55,639 nt of DNA from Hyphomicrobiales bacterium (lineage in GTDB: Bacteria; Pseudomonadota; Alphaproteobacteria; Rhizobiales; Beijerinckiaceae). Location of the stretch: positions 1 to 55,639 of the forward strand of contig JAIYAB010000019.1 in assembly GCA_027489275.1 (NCBI GenBank), read 5' to 3'. Under the pieces are notes generated by a model. That model was given only the letters and a program-made list of their open reading frames with translations, searched no databases and had not been told where the DNA came from. The position numbers and the translations under genes were made by a program. The stretch's first letter is position 1; every line of letters begins with the position of its first letter. This document shows positions 47,099 to 55,639 of the stretch, one piece after another.

Positions 47099-47280
47099 GG
47101 CGTTGTCGCGATAAACGGCTCGGGCGCATGCCTCGAGCTGTCGATCCTCGCCGTCACGCGAGGGCCGTCGCGTACCGCCAAGCTTGAGCCGCCTCCCCCC
47201 TGACCAAGCGAAGTGTGCGGCGAAAAGTGAGGTCGCGTTGCAAGATCGTGTTGTGAACCGCAGCGTGCAGGCTTTCCATC
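47099..47280 (-). mobile_element. IS6-family transposase 3' remnant with terminal inverted repeat
   Basis: Minus frame LHAAVHNTILQRDLTFRRTLRLVRGEAAQAWRYATALA* resembles alphaproteobacterial IS6 transposase C-termini; GGCGTTGTCGCG end at 47099. Confidence 0.6.
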
Positions 47281-47371
47281 AGCTGCACTTGCCTGAAGTC
47301 AGTGTGCGAACTTGCGTAATTTCCTTCCTCACCCCTACATCGCCGAAACCATCCCACCCGGACAATTCGCC

Positions 47372-48385
47372 ATGACCCGTTACTCCATCCTCGATCTTGC
47401 GCCTGTGCCGGAAGGGGCGCGTCCCGGCGACGCTCTGCGCAACTCGATTGACCTGGCGCGCCATGCGGACGAGCTGGGCTATACGCGCTACTGGCTGGCT
47501 GAGCATCACAATATGGTCGGCATTGCCAGTGCTGCGACAGCGGTGGTGATCGGGCAGGTCGCGGCAGCCACGAGACGGATCAGGGTCGGTGCCGGGGGGA
47601 TCATGCTGCCCAATCACGCGCCGCTGGTCATTGCCGAGCAATTTGGCACGCTGGCGGAATTGTTCCCCGGACGCATTGATCTGGGCCTTGGCCGCGCACC
47701 GGGCACCGACCAGATGACCCTGCGGGCATTGCGGGTGAATCCGATGGAAGCCGATCGTTTCCCCGATGATGTGCTGGAACTGCAGGCCCTACTGGCCGAT
47801 CCCAAGCTCGGCCAGACTCTCCGCGCCGTGCCGGGTTTCGGGACAAACGTGCCCTTGTGGATTTTGGGCTCCAGCCTGTTTGGCGCCCAACTGGCGGCGG
47901 CCTTTGGCCTGCCCTACGCCTTCGCCTCGCACTTTGCGCCCGACTCCTTGATGCAGGCACTTGATGTCTACCGGGCGCAATTCAAGCCCTCACAGCAGCT
48001 TGCCCGCCCCTATGCGATGGCGGGGATCAACATTATCGCGGCCGGGACTGATGCAGAGGCCAGCCGGCTCTTCACCTCGGCGCAACAACGCGCCACCGGT
48101 ATGGTGCGCGGAATGCGCGGTTATCTCCCGCACCCCATCAACGACATCGAGACCTTTTGGTCGCCTTCGGAGAAGGCGCAAGTCGGCCGGATGCTGGCGT
48201 GTTCCATCGTAGGCGGACCGGAAACTCTGCGCCGGGGTCTTGAAGCGTTCATCACCAGAACAGGCGCCGATGAACTGATGGTCGCAGCGGCGATTTTTGA
48301 TCACGGCGCGCGCGTTCGTTCCTACTCGATTCTCGACGAGGTGGCGCGTGATCTGGGAATGGTAACGCGAGACCTGGCCGCCTGA
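47372..48385 (+). CDS. LLM-class flavin-dependent oxidoreductase (YhbW-like luciferase-like monooxygenase)
   Basis: [39 protein letters not shown]. Confidence 0.93.
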   Translation: MTRYSILDLAPVPEGARPGDALRNSIDLARHADELGYTRYWLAEHHNMVGIASAATAVVIGQVAAATRRIRVGAGGIMLPNHAPLVIAEQFGTLAELFPGRIDLGLGRAPGTDQMTLRALRVNPMEADRFPDDVLELQALLADPKLGQTLRAVPGFGTNVPLWILGSSLFGAQLAAAFGLPYAFASHFAPDSLMQALDVYRAQFKPSQQLARPYAMAGINIIAAGTDAEASRLFTSAQQRATGMVRGMRGYLPHPINDIETFWSPSEKAQVGRMLACSIVGGPETLRRGLEAFITRTGADELMVAAAIFDHGARVRSYSILDEVARDLGMVTRDLAA

Positions 48386-48519
48386 TCCGGGTAGACTTAT
48401 CTACACTGAGCCCCTCCCGCATGAAATTCGCCGAGATTGACGGCGTTTCCACGCAACCTTGTCGGCTCCCTGAACTCCGAGATTCGAGAGATCGTAACTG
48501 GCCCGTTCCGTTCGAGCGG

Positions 48520-48665
48520 CCAATGATCATTCGGTAAAGGTGGTTTCGCGTCCCCGCAACCAGCGCTACCGAACGCGTCAAAACACTATCCAACGCCGCC
48601 CTTGGTGGGCGGCGTTCTTGCCTGCGCCGCCCTCTGCCCGACGAGTTTGCAGCCCGGACTAGAGC
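48520..48665 (-). pseudogene. Probable large serine recombinase C-terminal tail / att-site relic
   Basis: Minus frame ...SVALVAGTRNHLYR; plus strand CCCCGCAACCA (48552-48562) equals the tRNA-fMet 3' end; 10-bp hairpin at 48592-48616. Confidence 0.5.
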
Positions 48666-48822
48666 GAACCATGACCACAACGGATTCCCGTTTTGGACAA
48701 GGGCAATCATTGGTCGATGTCACCGGCCCTGGCATTGGCAAATCAAGACCTTGACCGGACGCAAAGCAGTCGAAGCCATGGGAGGGTACGGTGCCGTCGC
48801 GTGTCCTCGCCGCTCAAACGCC

Positions 48823-49833
48823 TCAACGACGCGTCTCGCGCCATCTGTTCGGGCTCACACCACTCCAACGCTTGAATGCATGGGAAAAATTGCTCTGCAT
48901 GGAAAAGTCGAGAGCGTCGCTGATCTCGCTCAGCGAGAGATCGGTCATGCCGAGAAGCTCGTAGGCCACCGTGCATTTGACCTCTGCAACGAGGTTCTCG
49001 AAGCTCGTTCCCTCCTTGCTGAGCCTCCTCCGCAGCGTGCGTGGATGCATGTTCAAGCGAAGCGCACATGCATCGAGTGATGCATCCCTCCTGAGGATGC
49101 CGGGGCGCAAGTAGTGCTTTATCGTTTCGGAGATGCTCGGGATCTTGCTCGAGAAGGCGTGATCAAATTTTTCGAGAAGCTCTGCTCTCCGCAGTGGATC
49201 GTGCGACCTCAATGGCATGTTCATGCTCTCGTCCGCCATGACGAGGCAGGTTTGCCTTTGGTTGAAAAGAACGGGAGTCTTGAGCAAGGTCTCGAAGATG
49301 CCGGCCTTGTCCGGGCGGCTGTAGCAAAGGTGGACCTCGAGCGGCTTGACTGCTCTGTCCGTCAGCTCTTCGAGCATCCTTACACCAGCGGCGACAGCGA
49401 TGTCGTAGAGATGACGGCTCCCGATCGACGTTCGATCATAGGCGGCATATCCCCAGATCCAGAACCCCCTCGTGCCGTGCACATAGGCCACGGCCGCGTT
49501 CGAGTACCGCGGCTGCCATGTGACGTGGTCGAACACCGCGTCCCTGATCGTCGGTGCTGACTTCATGAGGCTGGACAGGGGTTCGAGGTCCGCCAGTTTC
49601 AAGCGACTGCCCAGCAGAAGCCCCAGGTGCTCGCACTTTGCGGCTTCGGCAGCTGCCCGAAGCGACGCCACGCAGTCCGCGAGCGGGAGATACGAGTCGG
49701 CGCGCAGCGTCGACGGGTCGATGTTGTAGGGAGTGAACACCGACGCCGTCGGGGCCCCGAGTTCGTCGAGCAGTTCGGGCAACTTCGCAAAGGGCCCGGC
49801 GCGCTGAAGGGCAAGGGGAACGCTGATTGTCAC
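48823..49833 (-). CDS. AraC family transcriptional regulator (Arabinose_bd_2-type N-terminus)
   Basis: HLGLLLG, SAPT, C-terminal double HTH LNMHPRTLRRRL..LSEISDALDFSMQSNFSHAFKRWSGVSP. Confidence 0.9.
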   Translation of the reverse strand: MTISVPLALQRAGPFAKLPELLDELGAPTASVFTPYNIDPSTLRADSYLPLADCVASLRAAAEAAKCEHLGLLLGSRLKLADLEPLSSLMKSAPTIRDAVFDHVTWQPRYSNAAVAYVHGTRGFWIWGYAAYDRTSIGSRHLYDIAVAAGVRMLEELTDRAVKPLEVHLCYSRPDKAGIFETLLKTPVLFNQRQTCLVMADESMNMPLRSHDPLRRAELLEKFDHAFSSKIPSISETIKHYLRPGILRRDASLDACALRLNMHPRTLRRRLSKEGTSFENLVAEVKCTVAYELLGMTDLSLSEISDALDFSMQSNFSHAFKRWSGVSPNRWRETRR

Positions 49834-49836
49834 AAA

Positions 49837-49895
49837 TGTCCGCCAAAAACAATCGCGTGCGCTGTTGGAACACTATTCTACGATTGCAATCGTAG
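49837..49895. promoter_or_regulatory. Divergent promoter region: TGTCC-N8-CAA box and 18-bp palindrome
   Basis: TGTCC-N8-CAA at 49837-49852 (repeated at 50785-50800); perfect palindrome CTACGATTGCAATCGTAG at 49878-49895. Confidence 0.5.
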
Positions 49896-50018
49896 GTGGC
49901 AAGCGGCGAACAACCGGATCCCGCGAGGCCGTCGGCCTTGAGGTGGCCGTTCTCCGGCACAACGTCGCCATCTTCGTCCCTATCCAACCCCAGCATCGTC
50001 CCCTCAGGGAGTTCAGCC

Positions 50019-50582
50019 ATGACGATATGTCCCTCGATGTCCGCCAGGTCGATTCGGCGCCGGTTGATCGCTCTCCTGGGCCTGACCCTCGCATGCCTCG
50101 TCATGGCTGGCCCTGGACCCGTCCAGGCCGCCAAGCAGAAGCCGATGCTGATGTTCGTTCAACTCGCGGAGAGCGTAAGCATCGACACGACAGCGAAAAC
50201 GATCCGCCTCGTGAACGTCGCACCCCAGACCGTGTACTTTGCGGACCGCCCCGTGCGGCTTGCTGGTCATATCACGCTCGAAAACTACATGAAGGAATGG
50301 ACGTCGAAGGCTGGCAAGGACAACTTCGCGAAGGATCCGCCGAACGCGGCGATCTCAGTCTATGAGCCCGGTCAGCCAGACAGCACGCTTGCTGTCGTCG
50401 AGATCCGCGATCCCAGGATCGACGGAAAGGATCTGGTCTACTCGTACAAGCTGATCAAGGGCACGCTGCCGAAGAGCGCCGGGCAGACGTCGCTCTTCAT
50501 CGATTGGATCGGTGTGGGAGGCGGCGTCGGCGTTGGTTTCCATGGTGTCGGGGTTGGCTTCCGCGGGCCAGGCTGGCGCTGA
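50019..50582 (+). CDS. Exported hypothetical protein (FVQ..YFADRP..DPPNA type) with Gly/Val-rich tail
   Basis: AGGGAG RBS, RRR followed by a hydrophobic signal and AxA site, coding-like codon usage. Confidence 0.8.
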   Translation: MTICPSMSARSIRRRLIALLGLTLACLVMAGPGPVQAAKQKPMLMFVQLAESVSIDTTAKTIRLVNVAPQTVYFADRPVRLAGHITLENYMKEWTSKAGKDNFAKDPPNAAISVYEPGQPDSTLAVVEIRDPRIDGKDLVYSYKLIKGTLPKSAGQTSLFIDWIGVGGGVGVGFHGVGVGFRGPGWR

Positions 50583-50865
50583 GACACCCAAGGTCAGGCC
50601 TGGCCGAAAAGGGCGCTGACGATCGCGGCGTCACGCGGCGCGGCAGGAGGGCACGCGAGCCGGAGTCTGGCCGCGTTCCAGCGGTCAACCGGCTTGCACG
50701 CGCCCCGGCGATGTCGTCGGCCATCACAGGCGTCGACCCCCCAGGGCGTTGAACTGGAAAGAGCTGAAAGGCGATCTCGGTCCCTGTCCCGTAATCACAA
50801 ACGATCGGTATGCATCTCAACTAAGAATTGTAGAAATTGTATCCTGACACTGGGGGAGTCTCATC

Positions 50866-53478
50866 ATGAGACGTCTGGATCGACCCTGCTTCATGGCAGC
50901 CGTACGCGTTCTGCTTTCCGCCTCCGGACTTCTCGTGGCGACATCGGGATGGGCTCAACAGTCCACGCCGGGCGTCACGCTTGGCCAGGCCATCCGGGCG
51001 ACACAGCAAGCCCTCGATGGCTCTCAGGGCCAACCGATGCGCCTGGCGTCCACAACGGGAGCACCGGGGTCGCCCACCGCTACCTCGACCATAGACGGAC
51101 TCTCACTCCCGCCAGCGCCCGCACCCTTCGGCGGATCGATCGGCCTGAACGCCATCGGATCTACACCCTCGTGGGCGCCGCGCGTGGTGCCTCCCAACGG
51201 GGCGCCAAACATTCTGCTGATCATGACGGATGACGTCGGGTTCGGTGCGCCGTCCACCTTCGGCGGCGTCATTCCTACGCCGAACCTCGACCGCATCGCC
51301 AACGACGGGCTGCGCTACACCAACTTCCACTCGACGTCCCTGTGCTCGCCGACACGCGCGGCGCTGATCACGGGGCGCAACCACCACGCCGTCGGCTTCG
51401 GCGTGATCTCGGAGCAGGCCACCGGCTTCCCCGGCTACAACAGCATCATCGGGAAGGACAACGCCACGATCGGGCGGATCTTGCTCGAGAACGGGTACCG
51501 GACGTCCTGGTTCGGCAAGAACCACAACACGCCGAGCTTCAATGCGAGCCAGGCCGGCCCGTTCGATCAGTGGCCGACCGGAATGGGCTTCGAGTACTTT
51601 TACGGCTTTGTTGGGGGTGACACGAACCAGTGGCAGCCGAACCTGTTCAGGAACACCACCGCCATCGCCCCCTACGTGGGCAACCCCGGGTGGAACCTGG
51701 TCACGGCGATGGCGGACGACGCCATAGGCTGGCTGAACCAGCTCAACTCCATTGATCCGGCGATGCCGTTCTTCCTCCATTTCGTGCCGGGCGCGACGCA
51801 TGCGCCGCACCACCCCACGCCGGAATGGACGAAGAAGATCAGCGACATGAATCTCTTCGACAAGGGCTGGAATGCCCTTCGTGACGAGATCTTCGCGAAC
51901 CAGAAGCGGCTCGGCGTCATCCCGCAGGATGCGCAGCTCACGCCTTGGCCCGACACGCTGCTGAAGCGCTGGGAGACGCTGTCGGCGGATGAGAAGAAGC
52001 TCTTCATCCGGCAGGCCAACGTCTACGCCGCCTACCTCGCCTACGCTGATCACGAGATCGGGCGGGTCATCCAGGCCGTCCAGGACATGGGCAAGCTCGA
52101 CGACACACTGATCATCTACATCAGCGGCGACAACGGTGGCAGCGCGGAAGGCTCGCCGAACGGTACACCCAGTGAAATGATGCAGTTCAACGGCGTCGAA
52201 CTCACCGTCGCCGAACAGATGCCCTGGTACGACGTGTGGGGCTCCGAGCTTACGTACAACCACATGGCCGTCGGATGGACGTGGGCCTTCAACACGCCGT
52301 TCCGGTGGACCAAGCAGGTGCCGTCGTACTTCGGCGGTACCCGCCAGGGCATGGCCGTCTCATGGCCGAAGCGGATCACCGACAAGGGCGGCATTCGCAA
52401 TCAGTTCCACCACGTCATCGACATCGTCCCGACGCTCCTCGAGGCCACGGGCGTGCAGGCGCCCGTCACCGTGGACGGGATCGCGCAGAAGCCGATCGAT
52501 GGCGTGAGCCTGGCCTACACGTGGGACAAGGCCAACGCCGCGGCCCCGTCGGCCCGAAAGACCCAGTACTTCGAGATGATGGGCGTGCAGGGCCTCTACA
52601 ACGACGGCTGGATGCTCAGCGCAATCCCCGTCCGCCCGCCGTGGCAGCTCCTCGGAGCAGCAATCGCGGACCCCGCGAGCGCCTACAAGTTCGAGCTCTT
52701 CAACGTCGCCAAGGACTGGACGCAGAATAACGACGTCGCTGCCGCCAATCCGCAGAAGGTACAGGAGATGCAGAAGCTGATGTTCGCCGAGTTCGGCAGG
52801 CACCAGGTTCTTCCACTCGATGCGTCGGTGGCGACGCGGCTCGTCTCGCCGCGTCCGAGCCTCTCGGCGGGCCGCACCAGCTTCGCCTACCTTGCGCCGG
52901 TCACCGGCATTCCGGACGGCGCGGCGCCCTCGCTGCTCAACACGTCCTACACGATCACGGCCGATATCGACGTGCCGGCGGCGGGCGCCGAAGGCGTCAT
53001 CGTCACCGAGGGCGGACGCTTCGGCGGCTTCGGGCTCTACCTGTTGAAGGGCAAGCCCGTCTTCACGTGGAACCTGCTCGACCTTAAGCGGATCAAGTGG
53101 GAAGGCACCGCCGCCCTTGCCCCGGGTAAGCACCGGATCGAGTTCGACTTCAAGTATGACGGCCTCGGCTTCGCGACGCTCGCCTTCAACAACCTGAGCG
53201 GGATCGGCCGCGGCGGGGTTGGCGTGCTCAAGGTCGATGGCGTCGAGGTCGCGCGGCAGACGATGGATCGCACGATACCGCTCGCGCTGCCCGTCGACGA
53301 AACCTTCGATGTAGGGTCCGACACCGGAACCCCCGTCGACGACAAGGACTACAAGGTCCCGTTCGCCTTCACCGGCAAGCTGAACCGGCTGACGTTCACG
53401 GTCGAGCGGCCCAAGCTGACGCCGGACGACGAGAAGAAGCTGGTCGACGCCATGCGCGCCGCCAGCGACGCAAAATAG
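50866..53478 (+). CDS. Secreted arylsulfatase (AtsA/AslA-like) with C-terminal beta-sandwich extension
   Basis: GGGAG RBS, signal-like N-terminus, MTDDVGFG, LCSPTRAALITG, GKNH, GATHAPH, GDNG. Confidence 0.93.
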   Translation: MRRLDRPCFMAAVRVLLSASGLLVATSGWAQQSTPGVTLGQAIRATQQALDGSQGQPMRLASTTGAPGSPTATSTIDGLSLPPAPAPFGGSIGLNAIGSTPSWAPRVVPPNGAPNILLIMTDDVGFGAPSTFGGVIPTPNLDRIANDGLRYTNFHSTSLCSPTRAALITGRNHHAVGFGVISEQATGFPGYNSIIGKDNATIGRILLENGYRTSWFGKNHNTPSFNASQAGPFDQWPTGMGFEYFYGFVGGDTNQWQPNLFRNTTAIAPYVGNPGWNLVTAMADDAIGWLNQLNSIDPAMPFFLHFVPGATHAPHHPTPEWTKKISDMNLFDKGWNALRDEIFANQKRLGVIPQDAQLTPWPDTLLKRWETLSADEKKLFIRQANVYAAYLAYADHEIGRVIQAVQDMGKLDDTLIIYISGDNGGSAEGSPNGTPSEMMQFNGVELTVAEQMPWYDVWGSELTYNHMAVGWTWAFNTPFRWTKQVPSYFGGTRQGMAVSWPKRITDKGGIRNQFHHVIDIVPTLLEATGVQAPVTVDGIAQKPIDGVSLAYTWDKANAAAPSARKTQYFEMMGVQGLYNDGWMLSAIPVRPPWQLLGAAIADPASAYKFELFNVAKDWTQNNDVAAANPQKVQEMQKLMFAEFGRHQVLPLDASVATRLVSPRPSLSAGRTSFAYLAPVTGIPDGAAPSLLNTSYTITADIDVPAAGAEGVIVTEGGRFGGFGLYLLKGKPVFTWNLLDLKRIKWEGTAALAPGKHRIEFDFKYDGLGFATLAFNNLSGIGRGGVGVLKVDGVEVARQTMDRTIPLALPVDETFDVGSDTGTPVDDKDYKVPFAFTGKLNRLTFTVERPKLTPDDEKKLVDAMRAASDAK

Positions 53479-53530
53479 ACCCGGCATGATGCCGGAGCCG
53501 TTCGAAACAAACCCTGGGGGAACTGCCGAA

Positions 53531-54250
53531 ATGCTTCGCTCCGTCTTTCTGGCCTCCGCGTCGATGGCGCTGGCCATTCCCGCCTTTGCAGCGGACCTGC
53601 CCTCGCGTGCGCCTGCGCCCGCGCCGGTCTATGCGCCTGCCTTCACATGGTCAGGCTTCTATGTGGGTCTGAACGCCGGCGTGGGTTGGGCGGACTCGCG
53701 TGACGTCATCGTCACGGGTCCGGCGGGCGGCTCCGGCATTCTCAGCGCCGGCGGGGACGGGCGTTTCGTCGGCGGTGGTCAGATCGGCTACAACATGCAG
53801 AGCGGCGCATGGGTGTTCGGTGTCGAAACCGACATCCAGTACGTCGGCAGCGGTGGCGACGTATCGTGGGGCAACTACACCTGGTGGGCCAATGGTAGCG
53901 GCGACGGCGGCTATCTCGGCACGCTGCGGGCCCGGGTCGGCTACGCGATCGACCGCACCCTCATCTACGTCACCGGCGGCCTCGCCTATGGCGGGCTCAA
54001 CACCAATCCGTTCACCGGCAACGTGACGAGCAACGCCGGCTGGACGATCGGAGCCGGTGTCGAATACGCCTTCACCAACAACTGGACGGCCAAGATCGAG
54101 GGTCTGTACATCCAGAACGACAACGACAACGACGTGCGGTCCTTCACCAACGGGGCGGGCGGCGTGCTGCCGGCAGGCGCCTACACCGCCTCGACGTCCG
54201 GCGGCACGGGTGCGGGCCTCGTACGGGTCGGCATCAACTACAAGTTCTGA
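53531..54250 (+). CDS. Outer-membrane beta-barrel protein (Omp25/Omp31/RopB family)
   Basis: AADLPSR..WSGFYVGLNAG, GTLRARVGYA, GWTIGAGVEYA, terminal INYKF. Confidence 0.92.
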   Translation: MLRSVFLASASMALAIPAFAADLPSRAPAPAPVYAPAFTWSGFYVGLNAGVGWADSRDVIVTGPAGGSGILSAGGDGRFVGGGQIGYNMQSGAWVFGVETDIQYVGSGGDVSWGNYTWWANGSGDGGYLGTLRARVGYAIDRTLIYVTGGLAYGGLNTNPFTGNVTSNAGWTIGAGVEYAFTNNWTAKIEGLYIQNDNDNDVRSFTNGAGGVLPAGAYTASTSGGTGAGLVRVGINYKF

Positions 54251-54260
54251 GCCCTTCCGG

Positions 54261-54293
54261 GGACCCCGACCGGTCCTGCGCCGGTCGGGGTCC
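54261..54293 (+). terminator. GC-rich stem-loop after the omp gene (terminator or stabiliser)
   Basis: 13-bp perfect stem GGACCCCGACCGG/CCGGTCGGGGTCC, 7-nt loop, only a weak T-tract. Confidence 0.55.
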
Positions 54294-54371
54294 GTCGGCC
54301 ATTTCCGTCGGTCGCCGTGCCCTCGTTCGCGGGCTGCGGTGCTGGCGTGCGCACTCTTTCAGGAGATCACC

Positions 54372-54734
54372 ATGAAGACGATCGTAACGCTGCCTGCCCT
54401 CGCCATCCTCGCCGGCATGTCCGGCGCGATGGCACAGACTGCTCCCGTGCCGCTGGCGTCCTACGCCGACGACAAGGGCTGGATCGACGTGCAGAAGCTG
54501 ACCTGCGCCCAGCTCGCCGGTACCTTCCAGGAAGACGCCGACATGCTCACCGCCTGGTACAGCGGCTGGTACAACGGCCTCGCCAAGAAGCACGCCATCA
54601 ACGTGCAGCGCTCGAAGGACATCGAGCACGAGCTCATTGTGTACTGCAAGGCGAACCCGACGAAGAAGATCATCGAGGGCATCGCCGTCGTCTTCAAGGA
54701 CGAGCGGGCGAAGCTCGGTATCGAGATGAAATAA
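54372..54734 (+). CDS. HdeA/HdeB family periplasmic chaperone
   Basis: AGGAG RBS, signal peptide, IDVQKLTCAQL..WYSGWY..YCKANP two-Cys pattern. Confidence 0.8.
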   Translation: MKTIVTLPALAILAGMSGAMAQTAPVPLASYADDKGWIDVQKLTCAQLAGTFQEDADMLTAWYSGWYNGLAKKHAINVQRSKDIEHELIVYCKANPTKKIIEGIAVVFKDERAKLGIEMK

Positions 54735-55503
54735 CTCTGCGCATAGGGGCAGCCGTTCTCGTCGACGGTAACGGTTTCTCCTTTTCGTTGCGGCCACCGT
54801 GGTTGGACGGTCAGACGGTCGCCAACATCGCCGCAAGGTATCACAACCGTCACATGGGCGGCGGTGCCTTCCGCGCCGGCGAAACGGCGGCAGTCAGGCG
54901 AGGGAACGCTGCCAATGCGGGTTGGGAAGGACTGCAGCGCCGTATCATGGCGCTGCAGGAGGGATTTGCCTCGTACGGCTTTCCTCAAGCCGGTCTTCGC
55001 CGGCTGGCTACCGAGCGGTCGGGCGAGTGGCCCCAATCAGTCTCATGTTGATATCCAGCCCGAAACCCGCGGTGGGATCAATGACTCCCTGGCGGCAGTG
55101 ACTCCCTGGGCGGCAGTAGTGTCGGCTTGCACCGCCGGTCGTAGAGTTGGTTTCGTTCAGCAAGTCACCCGCTATCGATCGATTGCGGGCATCCATCCTG
55201 CGCCAGGTGAAAGTCCGCTTCGGGTCGGACACCGGCAGGGACTGGTCGCCTTCGCGGCGTGAGCAACTGCTCCGCGCGAAATCAAAAGCGGTTTCCTTTC
55301 GCCTGCCTCGATTGAACCTTGCAGCCTCAGCGTTCTCTCGCGGAACGTTCAGAGGATCTAGCTTGCCTTGAATTGACCACGCGAAAGCGGGGTAGAGTTC
55401 CCTAGGCGTCAACCGACACTCGATCTGAGAACCGGAGGTGCATGAGCGAGATCATGCTTCATCTCGCTGCGCCCGCGTAAGCTCGCCCGATAGGAGTTGT
55501 CCG

Positions 55504-55639
55504 ATGATCAGGTTCAGACCGCTTGAGGCGCCGACGCCGTTCTTGTTCTTCACGGGCAAGGGAGGTGTGGGCAAGACGTCTTTGGCCTGCGCTACGGCCA
55601 TCGGGCTGGCCGATCGGGGGCGCCGTGTGCTTCTCGTCA
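55504..55639 (+). CDS. arsA: ArsA/GET3 family arsenite-efflux ATPase (3'-truncated by window edge)
   Basis: AGGAG RBS; FLFFTGKGGVGKTSLACATAIGLADRGRRVLLV deviant Walker A of ArsA. Not in the ORF track. Confidence 0.85.
   Translation, partial: MIRFRPLEAPTPFLFFTGKGGVGKTSLACATAIGLADRGRRVLLV

Noticed and set aside
26341-48385. Known sulfoquinovose pathways (sulfo-EMP, sulfo-ED, sulfo-SMO), suggested by epimerase, YihU-like dehydrogenase and LLM
   Set aside because: No recognisable GH31 sulfoquinovosidase, kinase, aldolase or flavin reductase. The LLM is YhbW-like and in a separate block. The enzymes target O-sulfate esters rather than C-sulfonates.
48540-48562. Possible tRNA gene ending in CCA
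   Set aside because: Only the last 11 nt match a tRNA 3' end; no T-loop (GTTCRA) or cloverleaf upstream. Treated as an att relic.
54855-54960. Possible cobalamin riboswitch (AGGGAA, GGGAAGG elements)
   Set aside because: Core CCCCCGCAACTGT and B12-box elements are not present in the right order; no B12-related gene downstream.
1-55639. CRISPR arrays, rRNA, phage, anti-phage defence or toxin-antitoxin genes
   Set aside because: No regularly spaced repeats and no recognisable motifs for these were seen by eye.

Overview
High-GC alphaproteobacterial DNA, probably Hyphomicrobiales/Rhizobiales (inferred from gene content). It is a mosaic accessory region with five blocks. (1) 1-8365: 3' part of a chemosensory operon (cheA-cheW-MCP-cheW-cheR-cheB), ending in an atypical soluble MCP-like protein. 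(2) 8581-17014: ROK-regulated operon with an SsuA/THI5-type ABC importer, two Gfo/Idh/MocA oxidoreductases and a PHP-fold metallohydrolase. (3) 17024-42571: ~25 kb organosulfate catabolic island with five apparently cytoplasmic Cys-type sulfatases, a formylglycine-generating enzyme, two paralogous CUT1 ABC systems with one ATPase, a TTT transporter, a sugar-acid dehydratase, a DUF4432 epimerase-like protein, a beta-hydroxyacid dehydrogenase, a dienelactone hydrolase and two LysR regulators. A repeated CATWSC-N5-GSWATG-like operator links its promoters. (4) 42755-46973: sulfide/persulfide module (SQR, AhpD/CMD, decayed DUF2892, rhodanese, SAM methyltransferase) between IS6-like remnants. (5) 47372-55639: LLM monooxygenase, a probable relic of a tRNA-fMet-type att site and serine recombinase tail, an AraC / exported protein / secreted arylsulfatase / OMP / HdeA module, and the start of arsA. 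No rRNA, intact tRNA, CRISPR array or intact transposase was seen. All family assignments come from motif recognition by eye, without database searches.
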